The notes: generated by a model from the letters alone, not told the origin. A stretch of 64,000 nucleotides of DNA from Alphaproteobacteria bacterium (GCA_045593845.1 JAZNXK010000022.1:13855-77854), one strand, 5' to 3'; shown: positions 1-11,017, numbered from the stretch's first letter. Program-made: numbers and translations.

Positions 1-22
1 AGAAATCACTTCATCAGGAAAG

Positions 23-421
23 ATGGAAGGATATACCCAACAGTGGGATAACAAAACATTATTTGAGAGCGATAAACGATACGACTACAGAAAAATAAGA
101 CATCAAGAATTTGATCGTGATGGTAACGTTACCAGTGTAGAAATACGTGAAAGCACCGTTTTATCTCAAAACCAAGTAGAAAACACAAATCTTTCTGCCC
201 AAAATACTGACCTTGCCACAAGTACAACTACTTCCAAACCAACAAGAACAATGCAAGAGCGTATTGCCTATCTTCGTGAAGAGCGTGCCAAACTAAACGC
301 CACTGTCACACCACAAGAAGAAAGCAGGCTATGTTCATATCAAGAACAAAAACAACAAGATAATAAAGAAAATAACAGTATTTTATCTCTCTGGCTAAGA
401 CAGTGTCAAAACCAAATTTAG
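23..421 (+). CDS. hypothetical protein (S/T/N/Q-rich)
   Basis: ATG at 23 is preceded by AGGAAAG. The 132-aa frame has no motif I recognise. It ends 1 nt before the stop of the convergent U32 gene. Confidence 0.35.
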   Translation: MEGYTQQWDNKTLFESDKRYDYRKIRHQEFDRDGNVTSVEIRESTVLSQNQVENTNLSAQNTDLATSTTTSKPTRTMQERIAYLREERAKLNATVTPQEESRLCSYQEQKQQDNKENNSILSLWLRQCQNQI

Positions 422-1816
422 CTATTTTTGGCACAATAAGTTAAATTCTTCTTTTTTGTGTTGCAACATTTCTGCATTTTCACCGTTCAAAGGCATAAAT
501 TTGCGTGCCACAGTATATTGCGGCAATAGTTTTTTGACCTCATCAATCGGCATATTCCATGCCTGAGGACGAATACGAATTTTTTTCTCCTGACCTGCAG
601 AAACTCTTGGAGTAATTTCTCCGCTTTCTGCATCTTCAAATTCATCCAACTTAAGCTTTATCACTTGCAAACTATTCGGAACCAAAAATTCAAACTCTTC
701 TTTAGAGTTTATAAAATTGCGAACTTCAAAAATGGCCTCGTTTCCATCCCATTTCACAATTGACCCCGCAAAAAGCCAATCACCCAAAGTTCTGGTATAT
801 TCATAATTCTGGCTAATATTGGTTAAATGCCCATCATAAAATCCAAGACAATAACCGCGATTTTGCAAAGTATAAAGTTCAGACATATATTTTGCACTGT
901 CCCATTGGCTCGGATTTGCATAATAATCATCAATTGCCTTACGATATGCTCTGGCCGTAATTGCCGCATAATATTCGGTTTTGTTGCGTCCCTCAATTTT
1001 CAAAGAATGCAGTCCCAAGTTCAAAATCTTATCAAGTCTCGGCATCATGCACATATCTTTAGAATTCATAATATATGAGCCATGTTCATCTTCAACAATT
1101 TCATACAGTTCATTGGGGCGAAATTCTTCTTTTACCAGATATTCAAACATATCTTTATTGTTTTCGTTTATTTCAATATCTTTAACCGTGCCGTCCTTAA
1201 GTCTTAAATGAAGTTTATAGTGCCAACGACAGCAATGCGCACATTTTCCCTGATTGGCACTACGATCTGCCAAAAAGTTAGAAATTAAACATCTGCCCGA
1301 ATAAGACATACACATAGCACCGTGAATAAAAGTTTCCAGCTTTATATCCGGACATTTTTTTCTTATTTCTGCCATTTCATCATAAGACACTTCACGACCC
1401 AAAACGCATAAGTCTGCGCCCAAATCCTGCCAAAACTTTACGGTTTGATAAGAGCAAATATTTGCTTGTGTAGAAACAAAACGTTTCAACTCCGGAGCAT
1501 TTTCTTTCAAATATAAAAACACCCCAGGATCCGCAATCAAAACACCGTCCGGCTTAAGTTCACGCAAAGTATTAACAAAATGAGGTAGCTTTGCAATATC
1601 TTTATTGTGAGTATAAAGATTGAGCGTCAAATAAATTTTTTTCCCTTTTGAGTGCACAAACTCAATACCTTCCTTAATGTCTTCCATCGAAAATTTTGAT
1701 TGTGTCCTGAGACTCATGTCCGGAGTTCCGGCATAAACGGCATCTGCACCGTATAATATTGCGGTTTTAAGTTTTACCAAAGAGCCTGCCGGTAATAACA
1801 ATTCTGATTTTATCAT
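422..1816 (-). CDS. peptidase U32 family protein (collagenase-like / YegQ-TrhP-UbiU type)
   Basis: 464-aa ORF. ETFIHGAMCMSYSGRCLIS fits the U32 signature E-x-F-x2-G-[SA]-[LIVM]-C-x4-G-x-C-x-[LIVM]-S. Its start overlaps the stop of the upstream gene by 4 nt. Confidence 0.85.
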   Translation of the reverse strand: MIKSELLLPAGSLVKLKTAILYGADAVYAGTPDMSLRTQSKFSMEDIKEGIEFVHSKGKKIYLTLNLYTHNKDIAKLPHFVNTLRELKPDGVLIADPGVFLYLKENAPELKRFVSTQANICSYQTVKFWQDLGADLCVLGREVSYDEMAEIRKKCPDIKLETFIHGAMCMSYSGRCLISNFLADRSANQGKCAHCCRWHYKLHLRLKDGTVKDIEINENNKDMFEYLVKEEFRPNELYEIVEDEHGSYIMNSKDMCMMPRLDKILNLGLHSLKIEGRNKTEYYAAITARAYRKAIDDYYANPSQWDSAKYMSELYTLQNRGYCLGFYDGHLTNISQNYEYTRTLGDWLFAGSIVKWDGNEAIFEVRNFINSKEEFEFLVPNSLQVIKLKLDEFEDAESGEITPRVSAGQEKKIRIRPQAWNMPIDEVKKLLPQYTVARKFMPLNGENAEMLQHKKEEFNLLCQK

Positions 1817-2604
1817 TTTCTCACCTCAATCTTTGTTGTATAAGCGTTTATATCACCCAACGGGGTATTTTCAACCATAATTTTGGCAATAAAAGGGAAA
1901 TTATCATTTTTATCATATAAAATCCAAAAATAAATCGGAACGGAGGACATTGTTTGCCAGAGAGTATCATTACCTTCTTGAGGGGCTCTGTTTATATACA
2001 TCAAACATTTTTTTGCCACTCCGTTAAAAGGGGAATACTCATTTTCTTCAATTTTTTCTTCTCCGATATCGCTGAATTTGACCCCAAAAAATCTTTTGCC
2101 GTCAAATAAAGTTGTTTCCCAATCACATTTTCCGCTATAATAAAATTGTTTCACGGCAAAAGCAAACACACTCTGCAAATCGGAAAAATCAGCTTCTTTA
2201 TAACGTAATTGTTTAATTTTTTCACGTCCGTTTATGTTATAAACCGCCTGCAACGGCTCGCCTTTGTCGTTATAAATTATTTTCTTGCTTTTTTTTGAAA
2301 AACGCGATTGTGACTGATATAAATAGTTTTGTGTAACCAGCTTGTTTTTTTGTAACAGCCCCTCTGTGGCATAATTGGCAATAAAGTGATACAAGACATC
2401 AGCAGTTCCGTTTGTTGCAATATGGGAAATAACTGCGTAATCATTTTTTTCGATTTTATATTCAAAATCCACTTTTGCAATATTAAAAGGCCCGATAAAA
2501 GCATCAAAAAAATGTTTTGCCGCCAAAGCATGAGCAGATTTCAACGGCAAAAGGCAAAATAGGAGCAAAAATATTTTTTTTATTAAAATGTCTTTCATTA
2601 TCAA
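1813..2604 (-). CDS. secreted hypothetical protein, possibly DUF3108-like
   Basis: N-terminal signal-like segment IFLLLFCLLPLKSAHALA. The family guess is weak, based only on general resemblance. The gene is translationally coupled to the U32 gene. Confidence 0.5.
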   Translation of the reverse strand: MIMKDILIKKIFLLLFCLLPLKSAHALAAKHFFDAFIGPFNIAKVDFEYKIEKNDYAVISHIATNGTADVLYHFIANYATEGLLQKNKLVTQNYLYQSQSRFSKKSKKIIYNDKGEPLQAVYNINGREKIKQLRYKEADFSDLQSVFAFAVKQFYYSGKCDWETTLFDGKRFFGVKFSDIGEEKIEENEYSPFNGVAKKCLMYINRAPQEGNDTLWQTMSSVPIYFWILYDKNDNFPFIAKIMVENTPLGDINAYTTKIEVRK

Positions 2605-2657
2605 AAAAATCTGTTAATCTGAACACAATAACAGTTTTTTATAAGGAAATTTGCAAA

Positions 2658-3566
2658 ATGTCAAAAAAAGTTTTGGTAATTATGGGTGGTTTTTCTGCAG
2701 AAAAAGATGTAAGTATTACCAGTGGCAAAGGAGTTGAAGCCGCATTAAAAAAATTAGGTTATAATGTTGTTTCTCATATTTTAACCGATTCTGCAAAGCT
2801 TATTGATACCATCAATAGGGAAAAACCTGATGTTATTTTTAATGCCCTGCATGGAAACTGGGGTGAAGACGGTGAAATTCAAGGTCTTTTGGATATGTTG
2901 CAAATTCCATATACTCATTCCGGCCTCAAAGCTTCGGCAATAGGTATGGATAAGCATATAACCAAGTTGTTGTGTCAATCTGTCGGTATTTCAGTTCCTG
3001 CAGGCGAAAAAATGACTTTTGGTGATTTTTGCCGATATGGCACCACCGTAGATTATCCCTATGTCATAAAGCCTGTCAGTGACGGTTCGAGTGTCGGAGT
3101 TTATATTATTCGCTCTGCAGAAGATCTGGAAAAGATCGATTTTTCAGACATAAATACAGAGATTTTAGTTGAGAAATATATAGAAGGACAAGAACTTACC
3201 GTTTCTGTATTACAAGGTAAAGCCCTGACCGTAACCGAAATGCGCCCCAAAAAAGGTTTTTATGATTATCATGCCAAATATACTGACGGTGCCACAACCC
3301 ATATTATTCCGGCAGAAATTTCCGAAACAGTTTTTAACCAAGCACTTCGCGATGCCGAAAAACTTCACAAAGAACTCGGTTGCAAAACCGTTTCTCGCAG
3401 CGATTTTCGTTATAATAAAAAAGACGGACTTGTCTTGCTTGAGATAAATACCGCTCCCGGTATGACACCTCTCTCATTGGTTCCGGAGCAATATATTCAT
3501 ACCGGCGGCAGTTATGAGAAACTTTGTCAAATATTGGTAGAGGAAGCAAGTTGTCGCAAAATGTAA
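2658..3566 (+). CDS. ddl: D-alanine--D-alanine ligase
   Basis: MSKKVLVIMGGFSAEKDVS start and the GEDGEIQGLLDMLQIPYTHSG motif. I chose ATG 2658 over the ORF-track start 2517, which would overlap the divergent upstream gene. Confidence 0.9.
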   Translation: MSKKVLVIMGGFSAEKDVSITSGKGVEAALKKLGYNVVSHILTDSAKLIDTINREKPDVIFNALHGNWGEDGEIQGLLDMLQIPYTHSGLKASAIGMDKHITKLLCQSVGISVPAGEKMTFGDFCRYGTTVDYPYVIKPVSDGSSVGVYIIRSAEDLEKIDFSDINTEILVEKYIEGQELTVSVLQGKALTVTEMRPKKGFYDYHAKYTDGATTHIIPAEISETVFNQALRDAEKLHKELGCKTVSRSDFRYNKKDGLVLLEINTAPGMTPLSLVPEQYIHTGGSYEKLCQILVEEASCRKM

Positions 3567-4477
3567 TAGTTATCGGCGGGCCGACAGCATCAGGAAAATC
3601 TGCTTTGGCCATAGATTTGGCAAAAATTTATAACGGTGTTGTCGTCAATGCCGATGCTTCGCAGGTATATCAGCATATTCCTGTCATTTCTGCCGCTCCG
3701 AGCGCAGAAGAGCAAAAAACAGTCGAGCACCGGCTATATGGTTATTTGGACGAGTCCGTAAACGGCAATATTTGTATGTGGCTGAATTTAGCGGTAGAAT
3801 GTGTGCAGAAAATATGGCAATCAGGCAAAACACCGGTTTTTGTCGGCGGTACCGGGATGTATATAGATAATCTTGTTAATGGAGTTACCCCAATTCCCGA
3901 AACTCCGCAAGAAATAAGAAAACAAGCCGCAGATGAGCTCAAAGAGCAGGGCTTATCTGCCATCTATCAAAAATTATGCGCCATAGATGAAACATCTGCG
4001 ACAATGTTGAATTCTAATGACAAAACCCGTGTAATCCGCGCCTATGAAATATGGCTTTCTACCGGTAAGACCATTTCATTTTGGTTTCAACAGCCCATGC
4101 TCCAAAAACTTCCCGAAGCAAGTTTTTTCAATATAGCGCTATTGCCTCCCAAAAACATTTTGGATGAACGCTGTCAGATTCGTTTTGAAAAAATGTTGGC
4201 AGAAGGTGCCATTGATGAGGTAAAATATCTTTTATCACGCGAGCTTTCCCCTTCATTGCCGGCAATGGCGGCCAAAGGTGTGCCTGAAATTGCTTCATTC
4301 TTAAAAGGCGAAATTCCGATAGAAAAAGCAACCGAATTGGCTGTTCTGCACACAAGACAATATGCCAAACGGCAGCTGACATGGTTCAGAAACAAATACA
4401 AGGCCGATGTAACCGTTCAAGAATGTTACCTAGGGCAATCATCTTTGATAAATTGTGTGAAAAAACAATATAAATGA
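3524..4477 (+). CDS. miaA: tRNA dimethylallyltransferase
   Basis: P-loop GGPTASGKSALAIDLA followed by NADASQVY. The start is uncertain: ATG 3524 overlaps the ddl 3' end by 43 nt, and an in-frame TTG at 3551 is an alternative. Confidence 0.85.
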   Translation: MSNIGRGSKLSQNVIVIGGPTASGKSALAIDLAKIYNGVVVNADASQVYQHIPVISAAPSAEEQKTVEHRLYGYLDESVNGNICMWLNLAVECVQKIWQSGKTPVFVGGTGMYIDNLVNGVTPIPETPQEIRKQAADELKEQGLSAIYQKLCAIDETSATMLNSNDKTRVIRAYEIWLSTGKTISFWFQQPMLQKLPEASFFNIALLPPKNILDERCQIRFEKMLAEGAIDEVKYLLSRELSPSLPAMAAKGVPEIASFLKGEIPIEKATELAVLHTRQYAKRQLTWFRNKYKADVTVQECYLGQSSLINCVKKQYK

Positions 4478-4509
4478 TTGCCAAAATTTGCTAAATGATA
4501 TAAAAATAG

Positions 4510-5580
<1,071 letters not shown>

Positions 5581-5591
5581 AAAACAAAAAA

Positions 5592-5619
5592 ACTCCTCTT
5601 GAAGAAAGAGGAGTTTTTT
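5592..5619. terminator. bidirectional rho-independent terminator
   Basis: Stem ACTCCTCTT / AAGAGGAGT with loop GAAGA. An A-run lies before it and a T-run after it. It sits between convergent mreB and the 5627..5962 gene. Confidence 0.75.
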
Positions 5620-5626
5620 ATAAAGT

Positions 5627-5962
5627 TTAGTTCAGCATAAGAATAACAAAGCCGATAATGGCGAGAACGACGGCCAAAATTTTCCAATTCTTTTGCAGTT
5701 TGTCCCAGCCCATACTGGGGTATCCATCCTGCTCATATTCGTCAACAACTTGATCATATCGCCCCTTGTTGTACCAAGTTTCGCTCAAGGATAATACGAT
5801 AACGAGAGATAATGCCGTTACAGCCGCATATCTCCAGCCGAAACAAAAAGCCACCAAAACGGAGTTGAAGAAAAGCCACTTCAGCAGGGTATTGATATCA
5901 TATCGCCCGCCCTCCTCACAGCTGAACAAATCGTACTGTTTTTTTCTTTCTTTTTTCTTCAT
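5627..5962 (-). CDS. small integral membrane protein, unknown function
   Basis: 111 aa with a lysine-rich N-terminus and about three hydrophobic segments. Confidence 0.5.
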   Translation of the reverse strand: MKKKERKKQYDLFSCEEGGRYDINTLLKWLFFNSVLVAFCFGWRYAAVTALSLVIVLSLSETWYNKGRYDQVVDEYEQDGYPSMGWDKLQKNWKILAVVLAIIGFVILMLN

Positions 5963-6058
5963 AATAATATTATTTTAAGTTCAACATAAAAATTCATGAT
6001 ATAAAACGCATACTATTATGTTTTTTTTCTAAATCAAGAAAATTATTAAAAACACAAA

Positions 6059-6541
6059 TTATTTCACCCTAAAGGGCATTTCGCTGTTCATTTTTTGCAA
6101 ATCTTTCAGCAACTGCTCATTTCGCGGCATAACTCCGGTCTGGGCGATAATCTGCAAATCTTTTTCATAAGATTCTTGCATTGCGAGATATCTTTCGCTT
6201 TTGCTGAAATCATCACCCATCCCCTCATCTGCGGTATATGTCGGCACATTGTTTTTGACATAAGAATTTGTCGCCGGCATTGGCAATTTTTTTTCATTTG
6301 CCGAGGGCACATAGTTGGTTACTGTTTTTTTAATCAACACCACCCCCTCATCACTAACTTTCAGAATTCCCTTTTCCAATGCCGGAAAAGCGGGTAAAAT
6401 TTCTCTTTTAGCCGTTTTTTCTTCCGGCATAAAAAAATTGGGCCTGACTTTTTTGCGCACATAGCCACCGTCGGCTTGTGCCGCCAACAAACTCACGATA
6501 AAACACCCGACCAATACTGCCAAAAAAGCAATTTTTTTCAT
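6059..6541 (-). CDS. secreted hypothetical protein
   Basis: Signal-like MKKIAFLAVLVGCFIVSLLAAQA. No recognisable domain. Confidence 0.55.
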   Translation of the reverse strand: MKKIAFLAVLVGCFIVSLLAAQADGGYVRKKVRPNFFMPEEKTAKREILPAFPALEKGILKVSDEGVVLIKKTVTNYVPSANEKKLPMPATNSYVKNNVPTYTADEGMGDDFSKSERYLAMQESYEKDLQIIAQTGVMPRNEQLLKDLQKMNSEMPFRVK

Positions 6542-6587
6542 ATCAACCTAAACGTAATTTTAACAAATCCATGTTAACCTATTATAT

Positions 6588-7283
6588 ATGAAAAATATTG
6601 CTTTTATATTAACGTCTTGCATTTTTGCATTTTCAAACGCGGCATTTGCACAAGAAACTTCTGCAGACAGCGCTTTGAATCCTTGTGCGCAATATACCCG
6701 AAAACCAACGTTAAATCTTCGCAGTTCTTTCGGAAAATTAAATTATGATTTTTCCCATAACGGCAGACAACTTTTGGCAATGAGCAGAAAACAACATCTG
6801 CGACACAATGAAGATATGTATATGTCCGGTCTTTCGATATGCGATATGGATTGGTCATTTTCCCTCAGTAGCACCACCAAACTGATAGAAGGCTATAAAT
6901 GTGTTATTCCGACAGTTGTAGATGTCTTTGTCGGCTACCGTAGTCCGACGATTTATATCAACAAAGAGCTTTCGCCTGACAGCTGCACCTACAAAGTTGC
7001 CTTGCGTCACGAACAGCAACATCAACAAATAAATATTGCCCTGCTGGAATATTATTTGCCGACCATAAAAGCCGGCATTGAAGAAGCATTATCAACAATA
7101 GAGGCAAGAGTTATCGGCGATGACCAAAAATCATCCGAGGTTGCCGATGAAATCAATGCCGAATTTGCCGAAAGCATACGTCCGCTCATCAATCGTTTTC
7201 AAATTACTCTGCAAATAGAACAAGAAAAAATGGATAGACGCGACAACTACCTCAAAGAAAGCGAATTGTGTCAATCGCGATAA
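6588..7283 (+). CDS. secreted protein with an HExxH motif (DUF922-like putative Zn protease)
   Basis: Signal peptide ending AFAQE. HEQQH lies within ALRHEQQHQQI. The 3' end overlaps convergent ftsI by 13 nt. Confidence 0.45.
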   Translation: MKNIAFILTSCIFAFSNAAFAQETSADSALNPCAQYTRKPTLNLRSSFGKLNYDFSHNGRQLLAMSRKQHLRHNEDMYMSGLSICDMDWSFSLSSTTKLIEGYKCVIPTVVDVFVGYRSPTIYINKELSPDSCTYKVALRHEQQHQQINIALLEYYLPTIKAGIEEALSTIEARVIGDDQKSSEVADEINAEFAESIRPLINRFQITLQIEQEKMDRRDNYLKESELCQSR

Positions 7284-9007
7284 TACGAAGCCTCAATCAA
7301 CTTTTCTCTTTTATCATCTATATCATAATTTGCCTGCACATCAAGCTGCGGAGCAATAGCGGTAATAATCTCACCAGCCGTCGGAACGGTATTCCATCCC
7401 GAGGTTGCAAAACCGAAAGTCTCTTTGCTTGCCTTTGGCTCATCCATCATCAAAAACAAAGCATATTTTGGGTTAGAAACCGGAAAAGTTGCCATAAACG
7501 AGGTCATAACTTTTTTATCAATATATCTGCCGTTTACGAGCTTTTGAGCGGTTCCGGTTTTTCCCGCAACTTCATATCCCGCAACGTTTGCTCTTTTTCC
7601 GGAGCCTTTAACCACAACGCCTCTCAAAAGCTGACGCATCATTTTGGATGTATTCAAAGACATAACTTTGCGTCCCGCCGGAGGATTATCTTTTTTCAAC
7701 AATGTTGGAGTATGATAAATTCCGCCGTTTACCACAGCTGAAAAAGCCGAAATTAAATGCAAAGGAGTAACCGAAATTCCGTATCCGTAAGCAACTGTTG
7801 CCGTAGTTTCTTCACCCCATCTTTTTGGCAAACTCGGATGCGCCTTTTCGGTGACTTCAAATCCATCAACAGTATCAAACAGGCCGAGGCTCTTTAAGAA
7901 ATTGCGTTGAGTATCTTTTCCGACCTTCAATGCAATTTGTGCCGAACCGATATTTGAGGAATAAATCAAAATTTCCTGCAAATCCAGCCAACGGTTTTCT
8001 CCGCGATAATCTTTAATTGTATTATATCTCAACTTGAGCGGTTTTGTTGCATCAAATTTATCGGCAAGTTTGATTTTTCCGCTTTCCAAACCCATTGCCG
8101 CATTAAAAATCTTCAATACCGAACCCGGCTCATACAAACCTTTGGTAGTAAAATTGAACAAAGCCTTTTCATTCGGTACGGAACTTGAGTTCGGGTCAAA
8201 ATCAGGCAAAGAAATCATTGCCAAAACCTCGCCGGTATTTACATCCATCAAAATTGCCGAAGCTCCTATAGCATTAAACTTGGCGACGGCAGCGCTCAAT
8301 TTTTCTCTGATTGTATCTTGCACACCGGCATCAATGCTCAAACGCAAAGGCAAGTCGGAGGTGGTCAATCTTTCATTTAATTCTTTTTCCAAACCGGCAA
8401 TGCCGATATTGTCAACATTTGTTTTACCTAAAATATGTGCAAACAGGTTCTTGTGAGGATAAACTCTTTTTTCCATATCCTCAAAACCCAATCCCTCAAT
8501 GCCCAAGGCATAAATCTGATATTTTTGAGCCAAAGAAAGGTTGCGCTTAATATAAACAAAGTTTTTCTTCAACTTCAACTTTGCCAAAATATCCTCATAG
8601 AGCATATCCGGAATAAGTTCACTCAACTTTGTGGCGGCTTCAACCTTGTTTTTAACTTTATCCGGATTGGCATACAAATTGACTGTGGGCAAAGATGTTG
8701 CCAAAATAGCTCCGTTGCGATCCAAAATATCTGCGCGAGATATCGGATTATTTATTTGCACTTGCGGAAAATAATCTTCATCCACGGAATTCTTTTGAGG
8801 ATCATATCCCTGCCAACAAACCATAAAGGTCCTTGTTGCAATAAACAAATATGCAAAAGCTACCGCCAATATCGGAAGAACAATTCGTGCACGGCATCTC
8901 AATATGGGATCTTTCTCTATATTATAATTGGAGAAAGAACGATTGACCCTTATTTCCTCACCCAAAATATAAAATTTATCTTTTTTATTTTTCCGTCCTA
9001 ACATCAT
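7271..9007 (-). CDS. ftsI: penicillin-binding transpeptidase FtsI (PBP3-type)
   Basis: N-terminal TM segment. SxxK (SVLK), SSN and KTGT motifs occur in the expected order. The gene follows ftsL in a dcw arrangement. Confidence 0.9.
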   Translation of the reverse strand: MMLGRKNKKDKFYILGEEIRVNRSFSNYNIEKDPILRCRARIVLPILAVAFAYLFIATRTFMVCWQGYDPQKNSVDEDYFPQVQINNPISRADILDRNGAILATSLPTVNLYANPDKVKNKVEAATKLSELIPDMLYEDILAKLKLKKNFVYIKRNLSLAQKYQIYALGIEGLGFEDMEKRVYPHKNLFAHILGKTNVDNIGIAGLEKELNERLTTSDLPLRLSIDAGVQDTIREKLSAAVAKFNAIGASAILMDVNTGEVLAMISLPDFDPNSSSVPNEKALFNFTTKGLYEPGSVLKIFNAAMGLESGKIKLADKFDATKPLKLRYNTIKDYRGENRWLDLQEILIYSSNIGSAQIALKVGKDTQRNFLKSLGLFDTVDGFEVTEKAHPSLPKRWGEETTATVAYGYGISVTPLHLISAFSAVVNGGIYHTPTLLKKDNPPAGRKVMSLNTSKMMRQLLRGVVVKGSGKRANVAGYEVAGKTGTAQKLVNGRYIDKKVMTSFMATFPVSNPKYALFLMMDEPKASKETFGFATSGWNTVPTAGEIITAIAPQLDVQANYDIDDKREKLIEASYYRD

Positions 9008-9013
9008 ATCATC

Positions 9014-9406
9014 CTAGTGCTGAACTTTTGCCAATTGTCTCAAACCTCTGTTTTGCTCTGCCTGATTACTTACATTTTGTCTTGCAATCATTTTACGGGT
9101 AACATCATCCGATTCATAATCAAAAGGCAAAGATGCATAGCTGATAATCTGCTCCGGTTTTACCGGCTCAAGAGATATGTGTTTTGTAGCCAAACCGCGC
9201 AATCTTTCCGGATTGTTCAAATGGCTCCATTCAGCCTTCAGAATATGAATAGACTTAACATCATCATTGATTTTTCTGTTTATCTGCGTCAATTCCTTTT
9301 CCAAATCCGCAACATAATTTTTCATTACAAAACATCCGAAAGCCATAAAAATGGTCAGCGTAAACCACAAACAAATGGCAGCAGGCTTTGTGTTACTCAT
9401 CATCAT
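9014..9406 (-). CDS. ftsL: cell division protein FtsL (alphaproteobacterial type)
   Basis: 130 aa with a single TM segment. The stretch ILKAEWSHLNNPERLRGLA...LEPVKPEQI is typical of this family. It lies between rsmH and ftsI and overlaps the rsmH stop. Confidence 0.75.
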   Translation of the reverse strand: MMMSNTKPAAICLWFTLTIFMAFGCFVMKNYVADLEKELTQINRKINDDVKSIHILKAEWSHLNNPERLRGLATKHISLEPVKPEQIISYASLPFDYESDDVTRKMIARQNVSNQAEQNRGLRQLAKVQH

Positions 9407-10319
9407 TTACCTCCATAGATTTTGTTGCATAGCGCAATTTTGCGGAATGGGCGCGCGAGTTTTGAGCAATTTCTTCTGCCGAAGGAAAAATTGCCTTTGA
9501 ACATTCAGCAAATGCGGATTTAGAAATATTTTTGTTATTGCCGTAGCGGGAAATATGCACTTTTTTGCTTGTATTTTGCGCAAAAAAGTTTTTAACGATT
9601 CTGTCCTCAAGCGAATGAAAGGTTACAACCACCATTCTTCCGCCTTCACGCAGAATATTAAGACCGTTTTTCAAACCTTGTTCCAATTGTGACAATTCAT
9701 CATTGACGGCAATTCTCAAAGCCTGAAAAGTCCTTGTTGCAGGGTCGGGAGCACCGTTTTTCTTATATATAACCTGATGCACGATGTCGGCCAACTCGGT
9801 CGTTGTTTGAATGGGTTTATTTTTTCTGGCTTCAACGATTTTAGAAGCAATTTGTCTCGATTTTCTCTCTTCACCGTAGTTATAAATCAAATCTGCCAAT
9901 TCTTTTTCCGAAAGTTTATTGACCAGATCAAAAGCCGAAACACCTTGGCAGGACATTCTCATATCAAGCTTTGCCTCTTTGGCATAAGAGAAACCTCTGT
10001 CTGCTTCATCAAGCTGCATGGAAGAAACACCGATATCAAAAACAATACCGTCAACATTTTCTTTTACCAAAGAATCAATATCAGAAAAACACCCGGAGCA
10101 AAATTCAAAACGATTGCCATAATTTTTTTTCAGCTCATCAGCTCTTGCACAAACATTGGGGTCTCTGTCAATTGCCACAACCTTGCATTCTGCTTTATTG
10201 AGAATCGCCTCGCTGTATCCGCCGTTGCCGAAAGTTGCGTCAACATATACCTTCCCTGCAGAGGGAGCTAAACTGGCAATAACTTCATCAAGCATAACCG
10301 GTATATGTTTTTGCATCAT
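9393..10319 (-). CDS. rsmH: 16S rRNA (cytosine1402-N4)-methyltransferase
   Basis: HIPVMLDEV start, DATFGNGGYS, DRDP and FDIGVSSMQLD motifs. Confidence 0.95.
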   Translation of the reverse strand: MMQKHIPVMLDEVIASLAPSAGKVYVDATFGNGGYSEAILNKAECKVVAIDRDPNVCARADELKKNYGNRFEFCSGCFSDIDSLVKENVDGIVFDIGVSSMQLDEADRGFSYAKEAKLDMRMSCQGVSAFDLVNKLSEKELADLIYNYGEERKSRQIASKIVEARKNKPIQTTTELADIVHQVIYKKNGAPDPATRTFQALRIAVNDELSQLEQGLKNGLNILREGGRMVVVTFHSLEDRIVKNFFAQNTSKKVHISRYGNNKNISKSAFAECSKAIFPSAEEIAQNSRAHSAKLRYATKSMEVNDDE

Positions 10320-10320
10320 T

Positions 10321-10764
10321 CTAGTTGCCGCCTTTCATTGTCAAAGATGGTCTTTTCAAAGCAATCTCATCACGAATCCGCTTTTCTTCTTTGGCCCAAT
10401 TTTCCGGATTCCAGATTTGAAATTTTCTACCTTTACCGACAAAAACGGCAGTATCTGTAATTTGCGCATGTTTCAGCAGTTTTTCCGAGAGCAAAATTCT
10501 TCCGGTACTGTCAAAAGCAAAGCGTCTTGCGTCACCAAAAATCAAATTGGTCAACTCGTCTTGTGTTTGTGAAAAGAAATCGAGGGATGTTTCCATATCG
10601 GCGGCAATCTTTTCGAGCAATTCTTCGGCACATCCTTCAATACAAGGAGAAGTAAGGCTTCTGTAACAAACAATCTCCGTTGATAATTCTTTAACGATTG
10701 CACGATAATCTGAAGGCAGTGAAACACGCCCTTTGGCGTCTACCTTGTTAATTATTGTGTCCAT
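10321..10764 (-). CDS. mraZ: transcriptional regulator MraZ
   Basis: VDAKGRVSLP is the first DxxxR-type repeat of MraZ. I prefer ATG 10764 (or TTG 10785) to the ORF-track start 10833, because the phased TGGGA boxes lie inside that extension. Confidence 0.85.
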   Translation of the reverse strand: MDTIINKVDAKGRVSLPSDYRAIVKELSTEIVCYRSLTSPCIEGCAEELLEKIAADMETSLDFFSQTQDELTNLIFGDARRFAFDSTGRILLSEKLLKHAQITDTAVFVGKGRKFQIWNPENWAKEEKRIRDEIALKRPSLTMKGGN

Positions 10765-10832
10765 AAAGAGAAAAGTTTTTCTCAAAGCCGATTCCTTGCT
10801 AAATTTAGTAACATTATTTTTATGGTATAGCA

Positions 10833-10857
10833 TGGGATTTTTTGGGAATCAATGGGA
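10833..10857. promoter_or_regulatory. three TGGGA boxes with 10-bp phasing (candidate MraZ operator)
   Basis: TGGGA occurs at 10833, 10843 and 10853 on the + strand, immediately 5' of mraZ. The E. coli MraZ operator is three TGGGN repeats with the same periodicity. Confidence 0.45.
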
Positions 10858-11017
10858 AAATTTAGTTTTTTTCTTGATGTTCTTTGTTTGTTCTGTATTT
10901 TTACAGATAAAAAAGCTTTTAAACCTTTACAGGTAAAGGGCTGCAAGGAATTGATATTTTTTTTATAAAAAACAAAATTTTTCTTGCTTTTCCATGTGAA
11001 TATACTAACTTTATACA

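Noticed and set aside
2517-2657. 47-codon extension of ddl
   Set aside because: It overlaps the start of the divergent 1813..2604 gene and has no Ddl homology. ATG 2658 gives the usual MSKK...GGFSAEKDVS start.
5961-5975. AATAATATTATT palindrome at the start of the 5627..5962 gene
   Set aside because: It is an AT-only palindrome in AT-rich DNA and is likely to occur by chance.
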